The notes below the pieces were generated by a model that saw nothing but the letters and a program-made list of their open reading frames with translations, did no database searches and had not been told where the DNA came from. Position numbers and translations under genes: made by a program. Positions 9,452 to 18,810 of a stretch of DNA of 52,786 nt are shown one piece after another. This DNA comes from a virus (Duplodnaviria > Caudoviricetes): IMG/VR virus record IMGVR_UViG_3300033148_006306, positions 1 through 52,786 of that record; one strand, 5' to 3'. The first letter of the stretch is position 1; the number at the start of each line of letters is the position of its first letter.

Positions 9452-9897
9452 TAGCATTGTTTCTTGATGTTGACGGAGTGTTGAATCAATATAGAAGAAG
9501 TGAGTGTATTCGTAGACACAAGATAGATTATGATTTTTGTTTTACACCTTTCAAAAAGAAAGTTATGAGATTATCCAAGCTTGTAAAAAAATACAACTTA
9601 GATGTTTATGTGTTTAGTGCATGGACAGAAGAAAACTTACAGCCACATTTGCCTTTTAAGCTATGTGGAGACACTGGAAAGTGGATTGAAAATGTTAACG
9701 AGGCATCAAATAAATATAAACATTCAATACTTGTAGACGATGAAATATCTCCAAAGATGGGCAAAGAGAATGGATATGGAGGAGAACAAGTCAATTTAAA
9801 AGAAGATATTGTAACCTATCAGCCTCACTATAACTTTGGTTTAGTTTTGAAAGATTTTAAAAAACTTGATAAAATACTAAAAAGGCTAAACGAATGA
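9448..9897 (+). CDS. HAD-superfamily protein (HAD_SAK_2-like)
   Basis: LFLDVDGVLN motif I and ILVDD motif. Confidence 0.8.
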   Translation: MIALFLDVDGVLNQYRRSECIRRHKIDYDFCFTPFKKKVMRLSKLVKKYNLDVYVFSAWTEENLQPHLPFKLCGDTGKWIENVNEASNKYKHSILVDDEISPKMGKENGYGGEQVNLKEDIVTYQPHYNFGLVLKDFKKLDKILKRLNE

Positions 9898-10091
9898 TAC
9901 AAAACTACACAGTAATGCCAGAACTAATCTTTTCTGCTTTTTGTGCTATACTTTCACTAATCGCAATAACAAGGATTTTACTTGAAAGTAGCACTAATAA
10001 GCATAGTTTCAACACTGTTTACCTTATGGATAAGCTGGATAAGCTACGAAGTTTTTACAATGTCAACAAGTATCGCTCTTATAGACTATAA
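9894..10091 (+). CDS. Hypothetical membrane protein
   Basis: One hydrophobic segment; ATGA overlap. Confidence 0.4.
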   Translation: MIQNYTVMPELIFSAFCAILSLIAITRILLESSTNKHSFNTVYLMDKLDKLRSFYNVNKYRSYRL

Positions 10092-10133
10092 AATAAACTC
10101 ACTAAATCCTGTACTTCAAGACCTCAGTGAAAG

Positions 10134-10487
10134 ATGAAATCTAAACACGGGAACACAAAAACTTTTAGAATAATAAAGGGAGAGAAAGTTCCCTTTGATA
10201 GTTTCAAAGAAGCAAATCGTTTTGACCAACTATATCTACTAGCAAAAGCTAAAAAGATTTCACAGCTTACTATCCAACCAAAATACCTATTAATGGAAGC
10301 CCAAACACACAACGGTTTCACATACAAAAGCGTTTCATACATAGCAGACTTCAGATATATAAAAAACGGAAAAACAATCGTAGAAGATGTAAAATCAGAT
10401 CACACAAAGAAACTAGCCACATATAGAGTTAAGATAAAATGGTTTCTATCTCTCTATGGAAAAGATCTAACTTTTATAGAAACTTGA
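10134..10487 (+). CDS. DUF1064 family PD-(D/E)XK nuclease-like protein
   Basis: FDSFKEANRF, LTIQPKY, YIADFRY, VEDVKS. Confidence 0.88.
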   Translation: MKSKHGNTKTFRIIKGEKVPFDSFKEANRFDQLYLLAKAKKISQLTIQPKYLLMEAQTHNGFTYKSVSYIADFRYIKNGKTIVEDVKSDHTKKLATYRVKIKWFLSLYGKDLTFIET

Positions 10488-10524
10488 TATAGGTCAAGAA
10501 GATACTTTTGGAATATGTTATACT
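10484..10524 (+). promoter_or_regulatory. Promoter with FNR-type box driving the sORF / ncRNA / tRNA-like region
   Basis: TTGATATAGGTCAA (10484-10497), 21 bp spacer, TGt-TATACT (-10 at 10519-10524). Confidence 0.7.
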
Positions 10525-10573
10525 TATACTTTCAATTCGATAAAAAGATATAAATTCAAAAGAAGGAGAGACT

Positions 10574-10627
10574 GTGAAATTCAAACCAATCGGTTATTTT
10601 CCAACTATAAATAAAAAAAGAAAATAA
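10574..10627 (+). CDS. Putative 17-aa leader peptide MKFKPIGYFPTINKKRK
   Basis: GTG start with strong AGAAGGAG SD. Confidence 0.4.
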   Translation: MKFKPIGYFPTINKKRK

Positions 10628-10631
10628 TCTG

Positions 10632-11006
10632 GTCATCGTGCTGCAAAAAATGAAGTCCAACTTAGATGTTGGTCAAAGAAAACAAGTTGTAGGTAGCCTT
10701 AAAATGAAGATATTAGGCTTTGTAAGTAAACCAAACATTCTCCTGCAAAACACTAAGACTTTTTATGAAGCATCTATTCTAAGTAGTTGTTTCTCCGAGA
10801 GTTTCTCGGTTTGTGTCAAATCCTTAAATCCAGAAGTCTTTTCTTCTGGATTGTTTATGACATAAGAACTTTTGATGGAGCAGACAGACATACCAAGATG
10901 TTGAGAGACGGCAACCACTTAGATTAACTTCAATGGCTAGACTTGAAGAAACTACTAACGAGGATACAAATCAAGCAATGCTCTCAGTCTGTTTCACAAA
11001 GAGTTT
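10632..11006 (+). ncRNA. Putative structured non-coding RNA, two multibranch domains
   Basis: At least ten nested helices visible by eye (see findings). Confidence 0.55.
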
Positions 11007-11014
11007 AAGCATAC

Positions 11015-11139
11015 GCACCATTAGCTCAGTTGGTTAGAGCAGATTGTAGGTCTGAAAAACCTCAAATACACAAGATGATACTAATTTCATCGTATTAGAA
11101 AACAGTCACAGGTCACTGGTTCGAGTCCAGTATGGTGAG
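11015..11139 (+). tRNA. Non-canonical tRNA-like RNA with a branched insert in the anticodon arm (contains a CU-GAA-AA Phe-type loop)
   Basis: Acceptor CACCAT/ATGGTG, D-arm GCTC-AGTTGGTTA-GAGC, T-arm ACTGG-TTCGAGT-CCAGT; 1-72 mismatch; no encoded CCA. Confidence 0.75.
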
Positions 11140-11164
11140 ACAGGCAAACTAAGAGGTTAACCTA

Positions 11165-11183
11165 GGAGCTATCTAATAGCTCC
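11165..11183 (+). terminator. Hairpin after the tRNA-like element
   Basis: GGAGCTA-tctaa-TAGCTCC; no U-tract. Confidence 0.35.
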
Positions 11184-11211
11184 GTCATATCACAAACAAA
11201 ACAAATTTCCT

Positions 11212-11248
11212 TTGACTTATGTTAATATCCTACATTTTATGATATAAT
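11212..11248 (+). promoter_or_regulatory. Head operon promoter with box over the -35
   Basis: TTGACTTATGTTAA (11212-11225), 17 bp spacer, TGa-TATAAT (-10 at 11243-11248). Confidence 0.65.
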
Positions 11249-11281
11249 ACTCATAATGCAAATTTCAAGTAGGAAAGTTTA

Positions 11282-11497
11282 ATGGCACAAGCAACCATAG
11301 ATTCAGAAATCGCTGACCTAACAACCAGAATCTCACTACTTGATGACGAAATAAAAGAACAGCAACATCTTTCAGAACTAGAAGAGGGCGGTGGCAACGC
11401 TAGATTCCGTACACAGTTCGCAGACATCGGAAAACTGTATGACAGACGAGATACTTTAAATACAAGGCTACAAGCATTACTAAGGAGTCAGATTTGA
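11282..11497 (+). CDS. Head-tail joining protein, gpW-like
   Basis: 71-aa helix-hairpin-helix pattern directly upstream of portal. Confidence 0.65.
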   Translation: MAQATIDSEIADLTTRISLLDDEIKEQQHLSELEEGGGNARFRTQFADIGKLYDRRDTLNTRLQALLRSQI

Positions 11498-13056
11498 ACT
11501 TAGGTTATGGAAACTTCTTCAGCACTTATGCTCCTGGTGCTTCAACAACAACAGCAGGAAAACCTCTTTTTGATGGAAACATAGATTTAAAAGCTTCAAC
11601 TTTTCCTAAAAAAATAAGACAACAAACTCACTGGCTAAATGTAAACACCACAGATGTTCCAACCATAGTAAGAACAAATACCAACAAAACTATAGGTATT
11701 TCAGTAAGTACACAAGTAGAAACAAAGTCAAAAACTTTCAACAATCAAGCAGAATCCCTAATAGAAAAACATGGCAAAAAAGGAGTGGGTGAATTAACAG
11801 GAAGACACCACTTCAACAAAGCCCTAAGAATAATGTCAGACTTTGATTTACTAGACGGTGGCTTCATTATAAGACACCACTATAGCCCAATATGGGAAAT
11901 ACCGTATAAGTATGAACTTGTTGGTGTAGATATGATAGACATCACAAAAACAACTCATTCTTTTGAGGCAACAAGAACAGAAACCACTATAAACGGTTTA
12001 GTGAGAAATAAGTGGGGGCAGATAACTCATGTATGGCTCTACACAACAGAAAACAAAACAACTTCAACTAAAGTTCCATATGATAATCTAACATACTATT
12101 CAGACACTTGGATAAGTATAGACCAGCAAACAGCAGCAAGTAAGCTGGTGTCAATGCTAAAAACTCTTGACCAATCGTTACAATATGGAACAGCGACTCT
12201 AAACTCGGCAATAGAAGCAGCAAAAGCAGGAGCATATTTAAAATCACAAGCGTACAATGAAGTAATGCAAGTTGTATCTGATACAATACAAGCTAATACT
12301 ACTGGTAAAGATGCTAAATCAATAGCAACAGCAATAGATTTAGTGAAGCCTATAATGAGACAACTATCAAACTTGGGCGTAAAACCACATGGTGTGACTC
12401 CTATTGCTAGTGGCGATGATGTAATTTTTGACACCTCGAAAACAGACAGCGAGTATAAATCACTAAATGACAATACTGAGATGAAGATGGCTTCATCACT
12501 TGGTTATTCAGACATAGGAATATACAAAAAAGCTTCCGATGCAAACTACTCATCAATAAAAGCCACGATAGAGATGGATCAGATAACAGCAGATGTAAGA
12601 TTTGATGATTTAAAAAATGTAGTGTTACAAGAAATACACACAAGACTGATACGAGTCGGGATACAAAAAGGATTAATAAAAGAAAGAGTAAAATATTGGA
12701 GCAATCCCTATGACTATAACAAGTTTAGATATCTAAGACAAAACAAAATAGACATCGAACCTGCAAAAAATGCAATGGCTAATAAAACAAATATAGCACT
12801 AGAAATAGACACTCCTGCAAATATAATAGAAACAAAATACGGAGTGAAATACGAAGATTGGCTTGAGAAAGCACATCAACAAAAACTACTTGCATTGGGT
12901 TATGAGGCAAAAATAGAAAAAGCTCGCAAAGAAGCATTTGAAAAGGAAGGGATAGAGCTACCTGAAGATGCTAACAAAGAAAAGCTGTCAAATATAGAAA
13001 AACAAAATAAGCAACTAATAACACTCCAAAAAAGTGTAAGCCTCCATGAGCTATAA
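11494..13056 (+). CDS. Portal protein, lambda family
   Basis: 520 aa; INGLVRNKWGQITHVW, DANYSSIKA, IEPAKNAMA. Confidence 0.85.
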   Translation: MNLGYGNFFSTYAPGASTTTAGKPLFDGNIDLKASTFPKKIRQQTHWLNVNTTDVPTIVRTNTNKTIGISVSTQVETKSKTFNNQAESLIEKHGKKGVGELTGRHHFNKALRIMSDFDLLDGGFIIRHHYSPIWEIPYKYELVGVDMIDITKTTHSFEATRTETTINGLVRNKWGQITHVWLYTTENKTTSTKVPYDNLTYYSDTWISIDQQTAASKLVSMLKTLDQSLQYGTATLNSAIEAAKAGAYLKSQAYNEVMQVVSDTIQANTTGKDAKSIATAIDLVKPIMRQLSNLGVKPHGVTPIASGDDVIFDTSKTDSEYKSLNDNTEMKMASSLGYSDIGIYKKASDANYSSIKATIEMDQITADVRFDDLKNVVLQEIHTRLIRVGIQKGLIKERVKYWSNPYDYNKFRYLRQNKIDIEPAKNAMANKTNIALEIDTPANIIETKYGVKYEDWLEKAHQQKLLALGYEAKIEKARKEAFEKEGIELPEDANKEKLSNIEKQNKQLITLQKSVSLHEL

Positions 13057-13879
13057 TGAAAAAGCGATAAAGATTCTTGGAGACAGTTTAGCCCAACACA
13101 AAAAAGTCATCCAAGATATTCAAAAAAACATTTCAGAAAACAAAACTCTTCAATCAAAAGAGGCTCAACAACTTCAAAACGACATCAATCAACAACTTAA
13201 AGAAGTAGATAGTGCAATGCGAAGCTACATAAAAGCTATCCGTATTCCTGAAGACGGCAAGGATGCAAAAGTAGACTATGAAGCACTCCATAAGTTTATA
13301 ATGAGTGAAGTAGTAAAGATAGAGCCAGAGAAAGTAGACTATAACAAAATCAACTCTAAGATAGAGTTAGAAGTATCAAATATACCTAAGCCTAAAAACG
13401 GCAAAAACGGTAAAGATGCAGAAAAAGCAAAAGATGGCGAAGACGGTAAAACCCCAAAAATTGACTACATAAAAGTAAACCAAGAAATTATGGCTCAGTT
13501 TCCAAAAGCAGCTATATTAGAAGAGATAAAAAACCAAACCCCAAAACAAGAAAAAGTAGTTGGAATAAAAGAGATAAAACTTGAAAAAGATAAACTCATC
13601 ATTATAACTACAGACGGTAAGAAAAAGAGTTTTACAATATCTACTAAAAGCTATCAGATGTTCGGTGGTGGAGGTGTTGCATTTAAACCAAGCCTACTCC
13701 CGTTTGTTGACCCATACAGAACAGACACTATGATGATAATGAGAGATGGTAAAGAGTACCAAGCAACACTAGAAAGTTTACATACTTTCTTTAGTCAAGG
13801 CTTCCCAAAAGCAGTCGTATATAACGGTGTTCAAGTAACAAACAACAATGAAGATATAATAATCACAAGGAGCAACTAA
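13046..13879 (+). CDS. Hypothetical protein with coiled coil and short collagen-like GKD/GKN repeats
   Basis: GKNGKDAEKAKDGEDGKTP, GGGG linker. Confidence 0.7.
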   Translation: MSYNEKAIKILGDSLAQHKKVIQDIQKNISENKTLQSKEAQQLQNDINQQLKEVDSAMRSYIKAIRIPEDGKDAKVDYEALHKFIMSEVVKIEPEKVDYNKINSKIELEVSNIPKPKNGKNGKDAEKAKDGEDGKTPKIDYIKVNQEIMAQFPKAAILEEIKNQTPKQEKVVGIKEIKLEKDKLIIITTDGKKKSFTISTKSYQMFGGGGVAFKPSLLPFVDPYRTDTMMIMRDGKEYQATLESLHTFFSQGFPKAVVYNGVQVTNNNEDIIITRSN

Positions 13880-15420
13880 TGGCAGAGCCAACACCAACAG
13901 AAGTAGAACATAAAGACATAGAAACAGATGGAATACATATTCCTCATTCATTTAAAGTAGCAGACCAAACAGCACTTGATGCGTTAGAAGTTACAGTTGA
14001 TGATTTAGATAAGCTAATATTAAAACAAGATGATGGGACATATTATCGCATCAAAGGATACAGTCCTTTAGTTTATCAGCAAAATACTTTAGAAGACTAT
14101 GTAAGCTTTGTAGGAGAACAGACTGTGCTTACTGGTATAGTAGAAATCGAAGACATATTATCAATCAATGCCAATACTACAAAAATAGATATTATCCCAT
14201 TCACATACTGGATAAAAGGCAAAAAATATTCATACTCAGGTGCTACTGCTATATCACCAACTATCGCAAGTGGAGATAGTTCGACATTCGTTGGTGTAGA
14301 TGCAAGTTCAATAATTTATAGTGATGTTAAATTTACACCCGAAGATACAGCAACTATATTACCTCTAGCAAGAATACAAACCGTGCAAGGTCAAGTAGGA
14401 CCAGGAAGCAATTTACAATCTCCAATACATCTTACTTTCCCTATAGGTCAAGAGGGGCACAAAGAAAGAGAGTGGATAGAAAATACAATAGGGGTCTTAT
14501 ACTCTGACGGTGGATTGTATACAGAAAATGAAACTACTCCTTTGCAAGTAGATCAATCATTAGGAAGTTTTCATAATGCACAAAGAAAACATATAGACAT
14601 TGCTCAAAGTAATAACATTGAAGCATCAAGTGTCTATCATACAGGAGGAGTGCCAGCTCCTCATATGAGAACAACTTTAGTGATTCCTAAGCATTGGGAT
14701 AATAAAACAGATATAGTGGCATTGACAGCAAATAAATTCGTGTCACACACACTATTAAGAAGTCCTAAACAAGAAGATTTATTTTTCTTAATCTACGGTA
14801 CTAAAGAATATGATTCACAAGCAGATGCAGAAAATGCTAATCCAGATTATAGTGTTTTTACAAGTCAAAAAGAATCAGGACTTTATAAAGTTGCTCGTTT
14901 TATAGTAAGAGGAGACAGCACAAACATTGAAGCTATACAAGACGAAAGACCAAATATAATATTAGAAGATGAGTCTACAGGACTAGGACTAAAAGAAAAC
15001 TCATATAGCTGTATGTATATGGATACACCCGAAGAAACAACTATAACAACAGCAGGTGTTTTTGTAAAAGTAGCAGGAACAACCGGAGAAGTAGCAAGTT
15101 CAGCAGACTTTACAGTAGAAACAAATAGATTTACTTACACAGGAGAAATTACTAGAAGATTTAAACTAGATATAGTTTCAAGCCTAACAAGCATCAATAA
15201 TAATCAAGTAGTAAGAGCTAGATTCGCAGTTAATGGTGTAACAATGGCAGCAAGTGAACAAGAGAAGACAGGAGTTGGTACTAATGTTGGTACAATACCT
15301 TTAAGCTGTATGCCGGAACTAGCACAAGGTGATTATGTAGAATATTGGATAGCTAATATAAGCGGAACAGGCAATTTGCAAGTAAACTATATGAATATGA
15401 ATTTAACATCAGTTGATTAG
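13879..15420 (+). CDS. Putative virion fibre/decoration protein with C1q/TNF-like C-terminal domain
   Basis: 513 aa, beta-rich; C-terminal FTYTG...LAQGDYVEYWIAN pattern. Confidence 0.55.
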   Translation: MAEPTPTEVEHKDIETDGIHIPHSFKVADQTALDALEVTVDDLDKLILKQDDGTYYRIKGYSPLVYQQNTLEDYVSFVGEQTVLTGIVEIEDILSINANTTKIDIIPFTYWIKGKKYSYSGATAISPTIASGDSSTFVGVDASSIIYSDVKFTPEDTATILPLARIQTVQGQVGPGSNLQSPIHLTFPIGQEGHKEREWIENTIGVLYSDGGLYTENETTPLQVDQSLGSFHNAQRKHIDIAQSNNIEASSVYHTGGVPAPHMRTTLVIPKHWDNKTDIVALTANKFVSHTLLRSPKQEDLFFLIYGTKEYDSQADAENANPDYSVFTSQKESGLYKVARFIVRGDSTNIEAIQDERPNIILEDESTGLGLKENSYSCMYMDTPEETTITTAGVFVKVAGTTGEVASSADFTVETNRFTYTGEITRRFKLDIVSSLTSINNNQVVRARFAVNGVTMAASEQEKTGVGTNVGTIPLSCMPELAQGDYVEYWIANISGTGNLQVNYMNMNLTSVD

Positions 15421-15450
15421 GGCTAATACCATAAAAATAAACAAAAAATC

Positions 15451-15487
15451 TTGACCTATATCAATAATTACAGAATTAAGGTATAAT
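15451..15487 (+). promoter_or_regulatory. Capsid operon promoter with box over the -35
   Basis: TTGACCTATATCAA (15451-15464), 17 bp spacer, TATAAT (15482-15487). Confidence 0.7.
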
Positions 15488-15519
15488 ATGAGCAATAGAA
15501 TCCTAAAGGAAGAGATAAC

Positions 15520-16635
15520 ATGAATAACTTAGTAATAAATTCAGACATTTCACAATGGGGGTTTAGTTCAAGATGGCTGTCAGGTAAACTATCTGAAATG
15601 ACAGGAGACCTTGAAGTAGATATATCATCATATGGTGGAGATGTCTTTGAAGGTATTGACATGTACAATCAACTAAGAAGATACTCAAAAGACAAAGGAC
15701 ATGTGACAACTATCGCAGGTTCAAAAGTAATGAGTATCGCTTCACTCTTACTATTAGCAGGAGACACCAGAAAAGCCCACAGTAATTCAACAATAATGAT
15801 TCATAAAGCTTGGACTTGGTTGGCAGGAAATTCAGATGAATTAATTGCAGAGTCTAAAGTTCTAGGTGGAATAGATATTATCTTAGCAAAACAATATGGA
15901 AAATATATGGATAACTCCCATGAAGAGATAATGGAAGTTATGTCAAATGAGGGATGGTATATTGGACAAGAGCAAATAGAAGAAACAAATTTTATAGATG
16001 CTTTTATAGTTGAGTCTGATGAGGTGGAAGTATCCGCAAAATCAAACTATAAAAAAGCAATGGCTAGATTTAGTGCAAAAGCCCAAGAAGATGATGTTAA
16101 GCCAAACTTTGATGAGGTAAAAGCATCAATAATTGAATGTAATGACGGAAAATGTCCCACTGCCTCGCAAGGCGGTAAAATAGCGAATAAAATTCAAGGA
16201 GCAGACATGGATATTGTGTTTGACAAAGAAAATCTTGACAAAACGGAAGCACTCTTTAATGCGTTAGTGAAAAATAAAACTAAAGCAGAAAAAGATACAG
16301 CGGAAATACAGTTAAGTTTAAATACAGCGACAACTGCTTTGGAAGCTAAAACTGAAGAAATGACGAAGTTAGTAGCTAGTCATAAAACAGAGCTTTCTGA
16401 GGCAGAAGGAAAATTAGATAGTTTTAAAACAGAGACTATCGCAAGAGTGCAGGAAGGAATCTCATACAAAGCAACAGCAGATGTAATTGTTAATGCGATT
16501 AAAGCTGATGATTCTGAAAAAGCAACAAGTTTAATCATGGCTCATGTTGAGTCCGATGGTGCAACAAGACAAACCACAAGTGAACCGGTAAAAGGTACAT
16601 GGGATGGACATTCTTTTAAGAGAGGTAAAAAATAA
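15520..16635 (+). CDS. ClpP-like head maturation protease with scaffold tail
   Basis: ISSYGGDVFEG, SIASLLLLAG, IMIHKAW. Confidence 0.9.
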   Translation: MNNLVINSDISQWGFSSRWLSGKLSEMTGDLEVDISSYGGDVFEGIDMYNQLRRYSKDKGHVTTIAGSKVMSIASLLLLAGDTRKAHSNSTIMIHKAWTWLAGNSDELIAESKVLGGIDIILAKQYGKYMDNSHEEIMEVMSNEGWYIGQEQIEETNFIDAFIVESDEVEVSAKSNYKKAMARFSAKAQEDDVKPNFDEVKASIIECNDGKCPTASQGGKIANKIQGADMDIVFDKENLDKTEALFNALVKNKTKAEKDTAEIQLSLNTATTALEAKTEEMTKLVASHKTELSEAEGKLDSFKTETIARVQEGISYKATADVIVNAIKADDSEKATSLIMAHVESDGATRQTTSEPVKGTWDGHSFKRGKK

Positions 16636-17270
16636 TGGCAACATTAACAGAAGGCACACACGCAGGTGAGTACATTGTATCAGAAGCGAATGGTGAAAGA
16701 TCAAGAGAAGCAGGGTTTTTAGCTTCTGGTAACAATCTGGGAGCATGTGCTGTACTTGGTCAAGTAACAACAGCATCGGCAGCAACAGCAGATGGTGAAA
16801 ATACAGGTGATGGAACATCAAGTGCTCCAACTGTGGGTACATCAGCAATTAATGGTACATATGTATTAACATGTACGGCAGAAGCAGCAAACGCAGGAAC
16901 ATTTAGTGTTGTTGACCCTCTTGGTAATGCGTTAGATGATTTAACTGTTGCAGTTGCATACGTTTCAGCACATATCAATCTTACTATCTCAGATGGATCA
17001 GAAGATTTTGATACTGGTGATATTTTTACAGTAGATGTAATTTTTGCAGAATACGGTGAGTTTAATGCAGGTGCATCAGACGGTACAGAAACCGCAGCGG
17101 CAATTCTTTTTGATGCAGTAGACGCATCATCAGCAGAGCAAAAATGTGTAGTAACAAAACGTGATAGTGAAGTTCGTGCAAGTGATCTAGTTTGGAAAAC
17201 AGGCACAGCAGAAGCTCAAAAAACAGCAGCAATAGCATCGTTAAAAGCTATTGGCATCATATTAAGATAG
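16635..17270 (+). CDS. Head decoration protein (lambda gpD-like) with internal insertion
   Basis: GEYIVSEANGERSRE...DGTETAAAILFD...LKAIGIILR. Confidence 0.85.
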   Translation: MATLTEGTHAGEYIVSEANGERSREAGFLASGNNLGACAVLGQVTTASAATADGENTGDGTSSAPTVGTSAINGTYVLTCTAEAANAGTFSVVDPLGNALDDLTVAVAYVSAHINLTISDGSEDFDTGDIFTVDVIFAEYGEFNAGASDGTETAAAILFDAVDASSAEQKCVVTKRDSEVRASDLVWKTGTAEAQKTAAIASLKAIGIILR

Positions 17271-17280
17271 GGAGTAACAG

Positions 17281-18306
17281 ATGATAACATTAGATATATT
17301 TAAGCAAGATGCTTTTTCAGCAGTAGAACTGACTAATTTTGTTAGTAAGCAACCATTTATTCCATCTCTTTTGAGAGATATGAACTTGTTTGCAGACAAA
17401 CCGGTGAGAACAACAACAATATGGGTAGAATTAAAAGATGGAAAAATCGCTTTAATCCCTACTTCAGAACGTGGTGCTCCAATCTTTCAAAGTGAAAAAC
17501 AGAAAAGAAGAGCTGTATCACTGCAAACAGTAAGACTTGCAAAAGGTGATAGAATCACATCTTCTGAACTTCAAGACATTCGTGCTGAAGGTGAAGCAGA
17601 AGAACTTAAAGAAGTTCAAGTAGAAGTTACTGACAGACTAGACATCTTAAGTGGCGACATGGATTTAACGCATGAAAACTTATTTCTTGGAGCAGTTCAA
17701 GGTATTCTAGTTGATGCAGATGGTTCAACTGTTATATATAATTTCTTTACTGAATTTAATGTATCACAAGCTAGTGAAGTTGATTTTGACCTAGACAATG
17801 CTACTCCTGCTTCTGGTGCATTGCTAACGCTATGTATGGGAATTCAAAGAAGTATGCAACGTGCAGGTCAAGGTGCATATTTACCTACTACTGAGGTTGT
17901 TGCACTTGTTGGTGATGCTTTCTGGGATGGTCTTATTGCTCATACAGAAGTTAAAGGTGCATATGACAACTGGGTTGCTGCACAAGCTTTCTCTAATGAC
18001 AAGAAAGCTTTTGGAGAGTTTTACTGGGGTGGAATCAACTGGATTAATTACCGTGGTACGGATGATAATTCGACTGTAGCTATTGGCACAGACAAAGCTA
18101 AGTTTTTCCCTCGTGGAGCAAGAGGTGTGTTTGAAAACGCATTAGCACCATCAGAATCTTTTGAGTTTGTTAACAAAAAAGGTTTACCTAGATATGCAAT
18201 GGTTGTTCCAGACTTGCTGAGAAATGAGTATGTTGACGTAGAAATAAAATCTTATCCACTACCATACTGTACTCGCCCAGAGATGTTACTAAGAGGTAAG
18301 AGGTAA
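17281..18306 (+). CDS. Major capsid protein, lambda gpE family
   Basis: 341 aa; DAFSAVELT, LIPTSERGAP, SYPLPYCTRPEML. Confidence 0.92.
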   Translation: MITLDIFKQDAFSAVELTNFVSKQPFIPSLLRDMNLFADKPVRTTTIWVELKDGKIALIPTSERGAPIFQSEKQKRRAVSLQTVRLAKGDRITSSELQDIRAEGEAEELKEVQVEVTDRLDILSGDMDLTHENLFLGAVQGILVDADGSTVIYNFFTEFNVSQASEVDFDLDNATPASGALLTLCMGIQRSMQRAGQGAYLPTTEVVALVGDAFWDGLIAHTEVKGAYDNWVAAQAFSNDKKAFGEFYWGGINWINYRGTDDNSTVAIGTDKAKFFPRGARGVFENALAPSESFEFVNKKGLPRYAMVVPDLLRNEYVDVEIKSYPLPYCTRPEMLLRGKR

Positions 18307-18326
18307 AAGAACTTAACGGTTCTTTT
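18306..18326 (+). terminator. Intrinsic terminator-like hairpin after the capsid gene
   Basis: AAAGAAC-ttaacg-GTTCTTTT. Confidence 0.45.
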
Positions 18327-18346
18327 GCTAAAAACAAGGAGAAACA

Positions 18347-18664
18347 ATGAAAGTTTATGTAAAAATAGGTTGTATTGACAGCAACAGAGATGCTCACGAG
18401 ACAGGTACGGTTGCAGACATTGACAAAAAGACAGATCAAAAACTATGGGATTTAAAACTTGTAGAAAACTATGATGAAAAAAAACATGGTAAAGTTCCGG
18501 AAACTTCAGATGCAGCACTCAAAACCGCCAACGAAGCTCTAGGTGTAGCAAATGATAAAATTGCAGCACTTGAAACAGCCAACGAAGCTCTCAATGGCTT
18601 TGTGGAAGAAGCAATCAATCTGCCAAAAGGTCAAAAGCCTAAAGACTATGTAAAGGCTGAGTGA
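18347..18664 (+). CDS. Hypothetical head-module protein
   Basis: AAGGAG SD; follows the capsid gene. Confidence 0.75.
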   Translation: MKVYVKIGCIDSNRDAHETGTVADIDKKTDQKLWDLKLVENYDEKKHGKVPETSDAALKTANEALGVANDKIAALETANEALNGFVEEAINLPKGQKPKDYVKAE

Positions 18665-18810
18665 TGGCTTATTTAATGATTTTCACAAAAGCTGATGAAG
18701 TTAATGGCGAAGAGTTTAAAAAGGGAGACACTTTAAGAGTCTCCGCTTCGATTCGTAAAACTCTTTTAGGCAAAAAAACTGCAAAAGACTCTAAGAAAAA
18801 AGAGGATTAA
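18664..18810 (+). CDS. Small protein (48 aa, not in ORF track)
   Basis: MAYLMIFTKADEVNGEEFKKGDTLRV...; fills the gap exactly with TGATG coupling. Confidence 0.65.
   Translation: MAYLMIFTKADEVNGEEFKKGDTLRVSASIRKTLLGKKTAKDSKKKED

Noticed and set aside
10638-10865. 75-aa ORF in the ORF track
   Set aside because: No SD, atypical composition, and it coincides with dense RNA helices; more likely non-coding
11015-11139. tmRNA or group I intron-containing tRNA
   Set aside because: It has a full D-stem and no G3-U70 pair or tag ORF; the 54-nt insert is far too short for a group I intron
16531-17206. Minus-strand ORFs opposite structural genes (also 12096-12473, 20541-20795, 27698-27985, 35430-35759 and similar)
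   Set aside because: Shadow frames of well-supported plus-strand genes
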